Shown: positions 27,221-28,627 of the stretch, piece by piece
Layout of the letters: the number at the start of each line of letters is the position of its first letter
Position numbering within the stretch: the first letter of the stretch is position 1
Assembly (NCBI GenBank): GCA_033762115.1
Contig: JANRLX010000069.1
Coordinates: 1 to 28,627 of the forward strand
Reading direction: 5' to 3'
Origin: Verrucomicrobiota bacterium
GTDB taxonomy: Bacteria > Verrucomicrobiota > Verrucomicrobiia > Limisphaerales > SXQI01
DNA length: 28,627 nt
Program-made: the position numbers and the translations under genes
Notes under the pieces: model-generated
Database searches by the model: none
What the model saw: only the letters and a program-made list of their open reading frames with translations
Told to the model about the DNA's origin: nothing

Positions 27221-28434
<1,214 letters not shown>

Positions 28435-28463
28435 GTTAAAGCCGTCCGTGAGACGAACCGGGA

Positions 28464-28625
28464 TTACGCGGGATTTTGTGCGCGCGATAAGGCCTGTTTG
28501 CGGCGGAACAATTCCAGGCCGAACAGACCGGCGCCGAGGAACAGGGCCCAATGTTGCACTTCAGGGACAGGGACTCCGCCATCAATGGGGTTCAGCAACA
28601 CAGCGACGCCGAAGCCATCATCAAG
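28464..28625 (-). CDS. C-terminal fragment of a PEP-CTERM-like exosortase-substrate protein, truncated by the window edge
   Basis: Not in the ORF track. Manual translation LDDGFGVAVLLNPIDGGVPVPEVQHWALFLGAGLFGLELFRRKQALSRAQNPA*: VPE motif, TM helix, basic cluster. Confidence 0.72.
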   Translation of the reverse strand, partial: LDDGFGVAVLLNPIDGGVPVPEVQHWALFLGAGLFGLELFRRKQALSRAQNPA

Positions 28626-28627
28626 GT

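Overview
A gene-dense bacterial chromosomal window, probably Verrucomicrobiota/PVC (inferred from a PVC-type heme-binding protein, a Verrucomicrobia/Planctomycetes-type ECF sigma with a FecR-LamG partner, and a PEP-CTERM-like tail). From left to right it holds five blocks. (1) The end of a Zn alcohol dehydrogenase, hflX, a heme c / copper monooxygenase / TPR protein, a VOC gene, tRNA-Arg(CCU), an EamA transporter and a PhnB-like gene. (2) A 13.5 kb minus-strand xylan utilisation locus with no SusC/SusD: ECF sigma, FecR-LamG anti-sigma, two CE1 esterases, a PVC-type heme c dehydrogenase-like protein, a PA14-like protein, GH10, CE6, a GPH symporter and GH43. (3) A PhoX-family phosphatase transcribed divergently from an imelysin / di-heme protein / imelysin / vitamin K-dependent carboxylase-like (HTTM) operon, with back-to-back Pho-box-like promoters between them. 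(4) htpG. (5) bioD, a CxxC-rhodanese and the tail of a PEP-CTERM-like protein. Block 3 is the best candidate for an undescribed system, possibly a phosphate-starvation-controlled metal-loading or modification module for PhoX. No CRISPR array, integrase or transposase was seen. All family calls come from motif recognition by eye, not from database searches.
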